From Eubacteriales bacterium (GTDB taxonomy: Bacteria; Bacillota; Clostridia; Oscillospirales; CAG-272), in assembly GCA_045538195.1 (NCBI GenBank), contig JAZSRA010000065.1, forward strand, positions 1-24,000: a DNA stretch of 24,000 nucleotides. The letters are read 5' to 3'. The first letter of the stretch is position 1, and the number at the start of each line of letters is the position of its first letter. Made by a program: the position numbers and the translations under genes. The notes below the pieces were generated by a model. It saw only the letters and a list, made by a program, of their open reading frames with translations. It did not search any database and was not told the origin of the DNA. Of this stretch, positions 8,716 through 16,383 are shown piece after piece.

Positions 8716-9888
8716 TCAAAAATAACTAACTTTAATGCGTTTGCCCATTTTCTTGAGACAAGCAGATAATTCCTCAACAAGATTCATTTTGATGTTGAAA
8801 TTGATTGGAAGATCAGGGTTTTGATGTGCGGGGTTGACCGCTCTGCCGACGTAGAAGTTGATATCCGTCGCTTCTTCAAACAAAAGTCGGCTGATAAGTG
8901 ACGCGCCATCCTTTTTAAAGCTCCATTCCTCGTAAAGTTCATTCTTGCCAAGGTAATCCTTTGCATACTGAATGACCTTGTTCATGGTAATAACCCCTTC
9001 GGTTACGAGGTCAACGCCCTCGATGCGCGCGATAGGGGGAACGTCGCTTCTTTCAAAGTTAAGGCTTGCCTGAATGGGCTTGCCCAGATATTTTGACGCG
9101 ATTGAAGAAGTAGTGCCGCCGCAGATGATGTGCTTACCCTCTTTGGAGAAGAAAAGCGACATCATTCTATTTGCGTCGTCGCGGTTGGAGGGAGGCCCAA
9201 AAAGAATATTCATAGGCTCTCGCTTTCTGATCTTAATAACGCAAGCGGTAGTATCGTCTCCCGGCTTGTGACCGTAAAGCTTGTCGCATTCGTCAACCAG
9301 CATCGTTGAAAGATTTTTGGCAGTAAAGCCGCCCGCCACCATCGCCTGCATATAGTCGGCGATATCCTGCCTTTTCCAACCGAAATTGTATTTCCCACCC
9401 ATTCCTGCGTGGGGACATCCGTCGCTCATAGCGATAAACGTGTCGTCCTCCTGCAGTTTAATGGTGGATTTGTATATTTTTTTGCCACCGATGTTCATTT
9501 CGGTCATAGGATAATCGTACTGATCGTAATTTCTTATTATGATCACGTGAGGATTATCGTACTGAATGATCTCGGCTATTTCGTTGTTCAGAAGATGAAT
9601 AATAGTAAAGGTGGAATACGCCACGCCGCGTACCGAGCAAACGGGAAGCGTTGCGGCTATGGTAGACACACATTCTTCAATGGGAAGTCCTGCCGCCATC
9701 ATCGTTGAGATGATCTTGGAGGTCAGAGTGGAGAGAATGCTTGCCTTAACACCCGAACCCAGACCGTCTGCAAGTACGATGACCGTGGAATTTTCGTTTT
9801 CCTCCACGATGTCTACGTGGTCGCCGCAAAGCTCCTCGCCGACGTGATTGATGCTCTTATATCCGATATCTGCACACAAATCATTCAT
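8716..9888 (-). CDS. PP2C/SpoIIE-family serine phosphatase with an uncharacterised roughly 170-aa C-terminal domain
   Basis: N-terminal GEELCGDHVDIVEENENSTVIVLADGLGSGVKASILS ... FIAMSDGCPHAG is typical of the SpoIIE/RsbU PP2C fold. The ATG at 9888 overlaps the hydS stop by 8 nt (ATGAATGA). Confidence 0.85.
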   Translation of the reverse strand: MNDLCADIGYKSINHVGEELCGDHVDIVEENENSTVIVLADGLGSGVKASILSTLTSKIISTMMAAGLPIEECVSTIAATLPVCSVRGVAYSTFTIIHLLNNEIAEIIQYDNPHVIIIRNYDQYDYPMTEMNIGGKKIYKSTIKLQEDDTFIAMSDGCPHAGMGGKYNFGWKRQDIADYMQAMVAGGFTAKNLSTMLVDECDKLYGHKPGDDTTACVIKIRKREPMNILFGPPSNRDDANRMMSLFFSKEGKHIICGGTTSSIASKYLGKPIQASLNFERSDVPPIARIEGVDLVTEGVITMNKVIQYAKDYLGKNELYEEWSFKKDGASLISRLLFEEATDINFYVGRAVNPAHQNPDLPINFNIKMNLVEELSACLKKMGKRIKVSYF

Positions 9889-11560
9889 CGTCGATAGACT
9901 CCTTCAGCTTAGTTAGCGCGACCTTGGTCTCCGCGGCGGTCTCGCCCAGCAGAGATGCTATCTCCTGAACGATCCTCATCTGCTTTTCAACAACGGTATC
10001 GGCAACCTCAACGGTCTTCTTGTTGATCATTGCCTTTCTCTCTCTGTCGGCTTCTTCGTCGGTAATGTCTCGCATAATACCGATGAGCATACGGGAATCG
10101 GGATCGTAAACCACGGTTTGTCTGATGTATTTTTTGTACTCGGCAAGGTAAACTCTCTGGTCACGAACGCTTCTGCCGGTCTCCATTACTTTAATGAAAA
10201 CCGCAGGATCGAGAATGCGGACTACCGGCTCACCCAACACGTCGCTTTCGGAGCGAATGTTCATGATCTTACGTGCGGAGGCGTTAATTTGCTGAACCTC
10301 AAGATTCTCGTTCAACGCGATAAGACCGTTGGGTGTATTCTTTACAATAGTGTCCGAAAAGCTCTCCGCCTTGTCCTTAAGGAAGGGCAGACACATAGAG
10401 ATTTCCGCCTTGCCCTGAATGATAGCGATAGCCTTTTCACGGCAGGAATTGTAGCCACAGGAGCCGCAGTTCAATTCATCGGAGGACTTGAACTTGCCCA
10501 TCTGACGCAGAACGGTCATGATCTCATTTTCTGAGGGCTGCGCGAGCTTATGCTCGATCATTGAAAAGTGCTTTTTGAGACTCATCGAATCAGGCTGCGC
10601 TACTTCAAAATCGCGTTCTCCCGCATAATCGGAAACCGTGATATAGTCCTTTATGGGAGAAGACCTATGATACTTTTCCATAACGGGACCACCGATACAG
10701 CTGCCTACGCAAGCAGACATCTCGATGAAGCACTTGTGGATCTTGCCGCTTTCGATGTCCTTGAGGGCAGAGATGCAGTTCTCAACGCCGTCAAGGGCAA
10801 GATAAGTATATCCGGGTGCATTTTGAGCCATTGTTTTCAATACACCGCCTGTGGTGGGAAAGAAGCGTGCGCGGCTTTCGGGCGTGTTGTCCACTTCCTT
10901 TTCAAGCTCGATCTTTTCTGCTTTAAGCCAGTTGGTAAGCTCCTCAAATGTGAGAACTGCGTCAACGATGCCCTCGTAATATTCAGCTTCGTCCTTCTTT
11001 GCCACGCAAGGACCTATAAATACGGTCTTTGCCCCGGGGTATCTTCTTTTTATATCCGCACAATGCGCCTGCATAGGGGACATAACGTCCGCGAGATATT
11101 CAAGGCAGGAGGGAAAGTATTTTTGAATGAGCAGATTGACCGAGTGGCAGCAGGAGGTTATTATAATGTCCCTCTCATCCTCGAAAAGCATGCGCTCATA
11201 TTCGGTCTTAACGATAGTTGCACCGATAGCAGTTTCCTCAACGCCGTAAAAGCCCAGCTTTTTTAAAGCTCGGCGAATAGATTCGATACCAACGCCCTCG
11301 TAGTTTGCGATGAAGGAGGGAGCCAAGCTGACTATAACGGGATCCTTGCTCTGAAGCAGAACTCTCGCTTTTTCGGTGCTGTCAACGATTTCCTTTGCGT
11401 TTTGAGGACAAACTACAAAACAATGACCGCACAAAATGCACTCATTGCCGATGATATGCGCCTGGTTGCCCGAAAAACGTATCGCCTTTACAGGACAGTG
11501 ACGGATACATTTATAGCAATTTTTGCAATTCGATTTTTTTAGTGTCAAGCAATTTGCCAT
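9881..11560 (-). CDS. hydS: Putative sensory [FeFe] hydrogenase (HydS type, group C): 2x[4Fe-4S] + H-domain + extra 4-Cys motif + PAS domain
   Basis: CKNCYKCIRHCP and CILCGHCFVVCP. Variant H-cluster motifs ITSCCHSVN, FIGPCVAKKDEAE and IEMSACVGSCIGGP. C-terminal CGSCGYNSCREKA followed by a PAS-like segment (NTPNGLIALNENLEVQQINASARKIMN...IGIMRDITDEE). The track start at 11569 is TTG; ATG at 11560 (MANCLTLKK) has AAAGGGG upstream. Confidence 0.85.
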   Translation of the reverse strand: MANCLTLKKSNCKNCYKCIRHCPVKAIRFSGNQAHIIGNECILCGHCFVVCPQNAKEIVDSTEKARVLLQSKDPVIVSLAPSFIANYEGVGIESIRRALKKLGFYGVEETAIGATIVKTEYERMLFEDERDIIITSCCHSVNLLIQKYFPSCLEYLADVMSPMQAHCADIKRRYPGAKTVFIGPCVAKKDEAEYYEGIVDAVLTFEELTNWLKAEKIELEKEVDNTPESRARFFPTTGGVLKTMAQNAPGYTYLALDGVENCISALKDIESGKIHKCFIEMSACVGSCIGGPVMEKYHRSSPIKDYITVSDYAGERDFEVAQPDSMSLKKHFSMIEHKLAQPSENEIMTVLRQMGKFKSSDELNCGSCGYNSCREKAIAIIQGKAEISMCLPFLKDKAESFSDTIVKNTPNGLIALNENLEVQQINASARKIMNIRSESDVLGEPVVRILDPAVFIKVMETGRSVRDQRVYLAEYKKYIRQTVVYDPDSRMLIGIMRDITDEEADRERKAMINKKTVEVADTVVEKQMRIVQEIASLLGETAAETKVALTKLKESIDDE

Positions 11561-11565
11561 ATCCG

Positions 11566-11829
11566 TCAACCCCTTTCGCTTTCTATAACATCAAGTATAT
11601 TTTTCTTGAAAAATTCTCTGAAATTATCTCTCGTCACGCCAACGTGAATGTCATCGTTTACCTGAACGGTAACGCCAATGCGGTTGCACTTTCCGATGCA
11701 AAAGCTACCGGAAAGCACTACCTCATCCTCAATATGATATTCTTCCAAGGCTTTTTCAAAAAGCTCGACTATATCCTGTGAGCCTTTGAGGTAGCAAGAC
11801 GAGCCAACACAAACCTGAACAAACAACAT
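11566..11829 (-). CDS. Thioredoxin-like [2Fe-2S] ferredoxin (NuoE/HndA-fold small protein), copy 2
   Basis: MLFVQVCVGSSCYLKGSQ...SGSFCIGKCNRIGVTVQVND has a CxxxxC...CxxxC pattern. It is a paralogue of the upstream ORF. The track's 113-aa version overlaps the upstream gene; the internal ATG at 11829 lies 4 nt after that gene's stop. Confidence 0.75.
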   Translation of the reverse strand: MLFVQVCVGSSCYLKGSQDIVELFEKALEEYHIEDEVVLSGSFCIGKCNRIGVTVQVNDDIHVGVTRDNFREFFKKNILDVIESERG

Positions 11830-11833
11830 GATC

Positions 11834-12076
11834 TTATACCTTTGCCAAAACTTCTCTAGCGAAGAACTCTCCAACGCTTTCGGGAGTAACGGAATGGAAG
11901 GAGTCATTTACAGTTACGCATACGCCCTGCTGGCACTTGCCCATGCAGAAGGTGCCGCCAAGCTCTACCTTGTCTCCGATATTGTTCTCAGCGATCAGAT
12001 TCTGGAGCTGTTCTACTACCTGACGGGAACCCTTAATGTGACAGGAGCTTCCGATACAAACTGTGATCTTTATCAT
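11834..12076 (-). CDS. Thioredoxin-like [2Fe-2S] ferredoxin (NuoE/HndA-fold small protein), copy 1
   Basis: MIKITVCIGSSCHIKGSRQVV...GGTFCMGKCQQGVCVTVND has the same four-Cys pattern. RBS AAGAGGAA lies 7 nt upstream of the ATG at 12076. Confidence 0.8.
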   Translation of the reverse strand: MIKITVCIGSSCHIKGSRQVVEQLQNLIAENNIGDKVELGGTFCMGKCQQGVCVTVNDSFHSVTPESVGEFFAREVLAKV

Positions 12077-12177
12077 AATTCTATTCCTCTTTTATTTTTA
12101 ATTTTTTGGGGTTCCAACCCTTTTTTGTAGGATATGCGTTAAATTGGAGTTTGTAGGGGGATACGAGGGATGCGACC

Positions 12178-12199
12178 TACTTTCTTTGAAAAGAAAGTA
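12178..12199. promoter_or_regulatory. Perfect 22-bp palindrome (10-2-10) in the kinase-ferredoxin intergenic region
   Basis: TACTTTCTTT-GA-AAAGAAAGTA. No U-tract follows on the minus strand, so it is not a canonical terminator. It is a candidate operator or an RNA processing/stability hairpin. Confidence 0.4.
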
Positions 12200-12246
12200 A
12201 GCCGCCGGAGGCACGCTTCCTCACCGATAAATCAAAATTTGAACAA

Positions 12247-12996
12247 TTACTGATGATCTGCAACGCTGCCCCAGTTCATAAGGAATTCGCGCTCTGCCTC
12301 GTTACCGTTGACCGACTGAGATGCCGCTACTATAGGCACCCACTTCTGAATGTACTGCTTTTCGGTGTCGCTCTTCTTACAGAAGAGGTCGAGATAAAGT
12401 TCAGCTCCGCCGATGTCGCCGTTCAGACAGAAGATAATGTAGGTGCGTGCAGCGTCTGCTGATGCGTTACCCTGAGTTGCATGAGACCAATCGAGGATAT
12501 AGGGGGTGCCGTCCTCGGTGATAATGATGTTGGAGGGGTTAAAATCTCCATGGCAGACCTTGTTGTGCTTGGGCATACCCTCAAGACGGGTGTGAAGATC
12601 GTAACGGGTGGTTGCGTCAAGCTCGGTATCGGCGATCTTTTGGTTCATCTTGTCCTTCAGCTTGTTGAGAAGGGGACAGGTCTTTGCGTGAACGTTCATC
12701 TGAAGGTCAACAAGAAGCTCGATATACTCGTTCTTCTTTTCGGGCTGCTCTGTCAGCAGCTGTGCCAGCGTTTTACCCTTGATGAACTCGGAAACGATCG
12801 CCCACTTGCCGTCGATCATAGTGACCTCAATAACCTTGGGGATGTTCAGACCGATCTCCTCGATCCTTGCCTGATTGAGCGCCTCATTCAGCACGTCTGC
12901 CTTGGAATATTCTGCGTTAAAGACCTTGATGCATCTGTCACCGTCACGGTAGATGGTCTTATTATTTCTTACTGCGATTACTCTGTCAAGTTTCAT
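12247..12996 (-). CDS. Protein kinase-like fold enzyme (aminoglycoside phosphotransferase/choline kinase superfamily); probable Ser/Thr kinase partner of the PP2C
   Basis: Catalytic loop CHGDFNPSNIIITEDGTPYILDWSHATQGNASADAARTY (HxDxxxxN ... DW). N-lobe Lys context DRCIKVF. Strong RBS GGGGAGGA upstream of the ATG at 12996. Confidence 0.75.
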   Translation of the reverse strand: MKLDRVIAVRNNKTIYRDGDRCIKVFNAEYSKADVLNEALNQARIEEIGLNIPKVIEVTMIDGKWAIVSEFIKGKTLAQLLTEQPEKKNEYIELLVDLQMNVHAKTCPLLNKLKDKMNQKIADTELDATTRYDLHTRLEGMPKHNKVCHGDFNPSNIIITEDGTPYILDWSHATQGNASADAARTYIIFCLNGDIGGAELYLDLFCKKSDTEKQYIQKWVPIVAASQSVNGNEAEREFLMNWGSVADHQ

Positions 12997-13057
12997 TTAT
13001 CTGTCCTCCCCTATTATCTGCGAGTTTGCAACGCCGCGATAGTAGTCCTGCTGAAAA

Positions 13058-13681
13058 TTATTTGCTGATTTGATTATTGAGATACGCTAAGGAAAGGGCG
13101 AGATTTTCTTGCTTTAAAAGAACGCCCGATGGAAGAGAGAGGGTGCAGGGCGCGAAATTCCAGATCGCTGTAATACCGCTTGCTACCATTATGTCGCAAA
13201 CCTCCTGCGCCGAGCCTTGTCCTACCGTAATTACTCCCAGCTTAACGTCATTCTTCTTGCAAAAAGCTTCAAGATCCTTGATAGGCATGATAGATTTTGA
13301 ACCATTGCCCATCTGAATAACACGGTCGTTGCTATCAAACCCCGCGATGATCTTTACTCCAAACGCCTCAAAGCCGTCGTAGTCGAGAAGTGCCTTGCCA
13401 AGCTTTCCTGCACCGACCAAAACCGCGTTAGTAAGACTCTCTCGTCCGAGATGTCTTTCAATATCTGATATTAGCTTTTCTTTTTCGTAACCGACTTTAG
13501 GTTTTCCCGCACCGCTTACTGCTTGGAGATCCTTGCGGACCTGTACGTCGCCAAGGGACAATCCCTTTGCAATTGCCGTCGCGGATATTGTACTGCCATG
13601 AATCGTCGGAAGATCTTTCAAATATTGAAGATATGTAGGGAGCCTTCCGAGAGTTGCCTTTGGGATAGAATTTCCGTTCAT
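13058..13681 (-). CDS. rex: Redox-sensing transcriptional repressor Rex
   Basis: IPKATLGRLPTYLQYL winged-helix N-terminus, a Rossmann GxGxxG (VLVGAGKLGKALL) and GITAIWNFAP near the C-terminus. RBS GGAGGTGG. Confidence 0.9.
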   Translation of the reverse strand: MNGNSIPKATLGRLPTYLQYLKDLPTIHGSTISATAIAKGLSLGDVQVRKDLQAVSGAGKPKVGYEKEKLISDIERHLGRESLTNAVLVGAGKLGKALLDYDGFEAFGVKIIAGFDSNDRVIQMGNGSKSIMPIKDLEAFCKKNDVKLGVITVGQGSAQEVCDIMVASGITAIWNFAPCTLSLPSGVLLKQENLALSLAYLNNQISK

Positions 13682-13735
13682 TTTCCACCTCCGGTTTTTA
13701 TTGACATTATTTTATCATATATTTAAATTTTTGGG

Positions 13736-13775
13736 AATAATTAAAATGTTATATCGGTATTATAAATATCGATAT
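13736..13775 (-). promoter_or_regulatory. Copy A of a 40-bp conserved promoter/operator block, upstream of rex
   Basis: AATAATTAAAATGTTATATCGGTATTATAAATATCGATAT is 38/40 identical to 18657-18696. On the minus strand it contains TATAAT (13764-13759) and the palindrome ATATCGATAT in the -35/-10 spacer. It lies 55-94 nt upstream of the rex ATG. Confidence 0.55.
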
Positions 13776-13982
13776 GCCTTTAATCGATAAAATATATATC
13801 AAAAAAACGAGCAGTTTTGTGTTATTGACGAAATAGCTCGCCCATATTGTATTTTGCTTGGAAAATGGACGGAGAAAATGACAAAACAGACATAATTCAT
13901 CGCTCCGAAATCGTTTTACACACTTATTTTACCACGGTTTGACTCAAAATGCAATACGTTATAAAAAAAATGTCAATTTTTG

Positions 13983-14013
13983 AAAAAAGGAAGGCCGCGA
14001 TATGCGACCTTCC
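13983..14013 (-). terminator. Rho-independent terminator downstream of nfnB
   Basis: Minus strand reads GGAAGGTCGC-atatc-GCGGCCTTCC (one mismatch) followed by TTTTTTC. It lies about 70 nt after the stop at 14082. Confidence 0.7.
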
Positions 14014-14081
14014 CAGAAGACTCATCCGGGGCTATACGGTGGCTCAAACCGTTTTTACGGATAAGTTCATCTGCAATTAAT

Positions 14082-15497
14082 TTATTTTGAAAGCGCCTCG
14101 TCAATGGCTTTTGCGGCGGTCTTACCTGCTCCCATAGCGGAAATGACCGTAGCCGCTCCGGTTACTGCGTCACCGCCTGCATAAACGGCATTTCTTGATG
14201 TAAGTCCGTCCTCGTTGACCACAATGCCGCCCCAACGATTGACCTCAAGTCCGTCGGTGGTGGACTTGATCAGCGGGTTGGGAGAGGTTCCGATAGACAT
14301 GATAACGGTGTCCACGTCAATAGTAAATTCGCTACCCTCAACAACCACAGGACGCCTTCTTCCGCGCTCGTCGGGTTCGCCTAGCTCCATTCTGACACAA
14401 GTCATACCCGTAACAAAGCCGTTTTTGGGATCTCTTGCATCTTCGGGATTATTATATCCGAGAATTTCGGTGGGATTACAGAGCAGACGGAACTCAATTC
14501 CCTCCTCCTCTGCGTGTTCAACCTCCTCGCGGCGCGCGGGAAGCTCCTCCATAGAACGGCGATAGACGATATAGACCTTTTCAGCTCCAAGGCGAAGCGC
14601 GGTTCTCGCCGCGTCCATAGCAACGTTACCGCCTCCAACTACCGCTACATTACCGCCTTTCATAATAGGTGTTTCAGGATTGTCAAGATAGGATTTCATC
14701 AGGTTGCTTCTGGTCAAAAATTCATTTGCCGAGTAAACACCCTTCAGAGATTCGCCGGGAATACCCATAAAGTTGGGAAGTCCCGCGCCCGAACCGATAA
14801 ATACGGCTTCATAACCCATCTGGAAAAGCTCATCGACGGTCAAGGTCTTTCCTATGACCACGTTGGTCTCGATCTTAACGCCAAGCTTTTTAAGGGTGTC
14901 AACCTCTTTTGCAACGATCTTTTTGGGAAGACGGAACTCAGGAATACCGTAAACAAGCACGCCGCCCGCAGTGTGCAGAGCCTCGAAAACCGTTACGTCG
15001 TAACCTTTTTTCGCAAGATCGCCCGCGCAAGTCAGACCCGAAGGACCCGATCCAACGATGGCAACTCTGTGTCCGTTTCTTTCGGGGCGTACAGGCTCCT
15101 CGGTGCAGAAGGTATTGTGCCAATCCGCAACGAATCTTTCAAGTCTGCCGATACCGACACTCTCGCCCTTGATTCCTCTCACGCACTTGGACTCGCACTG
15201 AGTTTCCTGAGGGCAAACTCGACCGCAGACCGCGGGGAGAGAGGAGGATTTTGTAATGATCTGATACGCTCCCTCAAAGTCGCCTTCTTTGATCTTGGTT
15301 ATAAACTCGGGGATATGTATCTTTACGGGGCAACCGTCCACACAAGGCATATTTTTGCAACTAAGGCAACGCATAGCCTCGTCGATGGCGGTTTCTTCGG
15401 AATAGCCCAACGCCACCTCGTCAAAGTTGCGTGCGCGAACCTTGGCGTCTTGTGTGGGCATCTCATTTCTTGTTAAGGACATATTTGCTTTTGCCAT
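14082..15497 (-). CDS. nfnB: NfnB-type subunit (GltD-like NADPH-dependent FAD/[4Fe-4S] oxidoreductase; NADH-dependent reduced ferredoxin:NADP+ oxidoreductase beta subunit)
   Basis: N-terminal Cys clusters CLSCKNMPCVDGCP and CGRVCPQETQCESKC. Dinucleotide folds VAIVGSGPSGLTCAGDLA and VAVVGGGNVAMDAART. The size (471 aa) and pairing with a PyrK-like subunit fit NfnAB. GltD or SudA function is not excluded. Confidence 0.8.
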   Translation of the reverse strand: MAKANMSLTRNEMPTQDAKVRARNFDEVALGYSEETAIDEAMRCLSCKNMPCVDGCPVKIHIPEFITKIKEGDFEGAYQIITKSSSLPAVCGRVCPQETQCESKCVRGIKGESVGIGRLERFVADWHNTFCTEEPVRPERNGHRVAIVGSGPSGLTCAGDLAKKGYDVTVFEALHTAGGVLVYGIPEFRLPKKIVAKEVDTLKKLGVKIETNVVIGKTLTVDELFQMGYEAVFIGSGAGLPNFMGIPGESLKGVYSANEFLTRSNLMKSYLDNPETPIMKGGNVAVVGGGNVAMDAARTALRLGAEKVYIVYRRSMEELPARREEVEHAEEEGIEFRLLCNPTEILGYNNPEDARDPKNGFVTGMTCVRMELGEPDERGRRRPVVVEGSEFTIDVDTVIMSIGTSPNPLIKSTTDGLEVNRWGGIVVNEDGLTSRNAVYAGGDAVTGAATVISAMGAGKTAAKAIDEALSK

Positions 15498-15498
15498 T

Positions 15499-16353
15499 TT
15501 ACTTCACGTCCTTTCTAAAAAGATTACAGCTATCTTCATAAGCATGGCGCTCAAAATCGGCGTACATTCTGCCTCTTGACATCGCCTCGTCAAAGTCGAT
15601 CTCGTATCCGTTGAAATCAGGACCGTCAACACAAGCGAACTTGGTTACCTTTTTGCCGTCGATGTTGAGAGTGAGACGGCATCCGCCGCACATTCCCGTG
15701 CCGTCTATCATGATGGGATTCATGGAAGCGGTTACGGGTGTGCCGTAAGGCTTTGCGGTCGCCACAACGAACTTCATCATAATAAGAGGACCGATAGTGA
15801 TGATCATATCAAATTTCTCGCCCGCTTCAAGCATTTCTTTGAGGGGAACGGTTACGTTTCCGTGTTCACCGTACGAGCCGTCGTCGGTCATCACGCGCAG
15901 AGTGTTTGAGCAAGCCTTGAATTCGTCCTCAAGGATAAGGAGATCCTTATTTCTGAATCCGATGATGCTTGTAACGTCAGCGCCCATTTCGTGGAGCGCT
16001 TCGGCGATAGGCATAGCGATAGCGCAACCAACGCCGCCGCCAACAATGCAGACCTTCTTAAGTCCGTCGAGGTGTGTCGCCACGCCAAGAGGGCCTACAA
16101 AGTCCTGAATATACTCGCCCGCTTCTTTATAAGAGAGCTTTTTCGTAGTGCCGCCAACCACTTGGAAAATGATCTTGACGGTTCCGTTTTCTTTGTCAAC
16201 TCCTGCAACGGTAAGGGGGATTCTTTCGCCCTCCTCGTCGACGCGCAGGATTATAAACTGTCCGGGTCTCGCCTTGTTTGCCACCAGCGGTGCTTCGATC
16301 CAAAGCTGAATGACCGTGGGATTAAGTACCTTTTTATCTACTATTCTATACAT
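15499..16353 (-). CDS. nfnA: NfnA-type subunit (PyrK-like FAD/NAD-binding protein with a C-terminal [2Fe-2S] site)
   Basis: RPGQFIILRV, IVGGGVGCA and the C-terminal GTGMCGGCRL...FACVDGPDF. The track start at 16365 is TTG; ATG at 16353 (MYRIVD) has GGAG 6 nt upstream. The stop lies 1 nt before the nfnB ATG. Confidence 0.8.
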   Translation of the reverse strand: MYRIVDKKVLNPTVIQLWIEAPLVANKARPGQFIILRVDEEGERIPLTVAGVDKENGTVKIIFQVVGGTTKKLSYKEAGEYIQDFVGPLGVATHLDGLKKVCIVGGGVGCAIAMPIAEALHEMGADVTSIIGFRNKDLLILEDEFKACSNTLRVMTDDGSYGEHGNVTVPLKEMLEAGEKFDMIITIGPLIMMKFVVATAKPYGTPVTASMNPIMIDGTGMCGGCRLTLNIDGKKVTKFACVDGPDFNGYEIDFDEAMSRGRMYADFERHAYEDSCNLFRKDVK

Positions 16354-16383
16354 TTTCTTCTCCAACCTTTAATAATAGGGCGA

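Noticed and set aside
8707-8719. TTG-initiated N-terminal extensions in the ORF track (also at 3815, 4517, 11569, 16365, 19678 and 21904)
   Set aside because: In each case a downstream ATG has a properly spaced GGAG-type RBS, and the extension overlaps the preceding gene or lacks an RBS. The starts were moved accordingly.
12102-12126. GGGTT-cc-AACCC hairpin flanked by T-runs, considered as an internal terminator of the rex operon
   Set aside because: The T-tract follows the stem only on the plus strand; on the coding (minus) strand it is followed by A's. The stem is only 4-5 bp with a minimal loop. At best it blocks antisense transcription.
13682-14081. Search for a canonical Rex box (TTGTTAA-N4-TTAACAA or TTGTGAA-N4-TTCACAA) upstream of rex, adh, SDR/nfnAB and fdx/hydS
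   Set aside because: I found no full dyad by eye. There are only half-site-like words: TGTTAT in the shared block, and ATTGTTGA twice at 17297-17330 on the minus strand. I therefore did not annotate a Rex operator as such. A PWM scan is needed.
14514-15476. 320-aa plus-strand ORF
   Set aside because: It is antisense to nfnB, with no motifs or RBS, so it is a shadow ORF. The same reasoning applies to 10568-11266, 12481-13068, 15991-16695 and 17750-18568.
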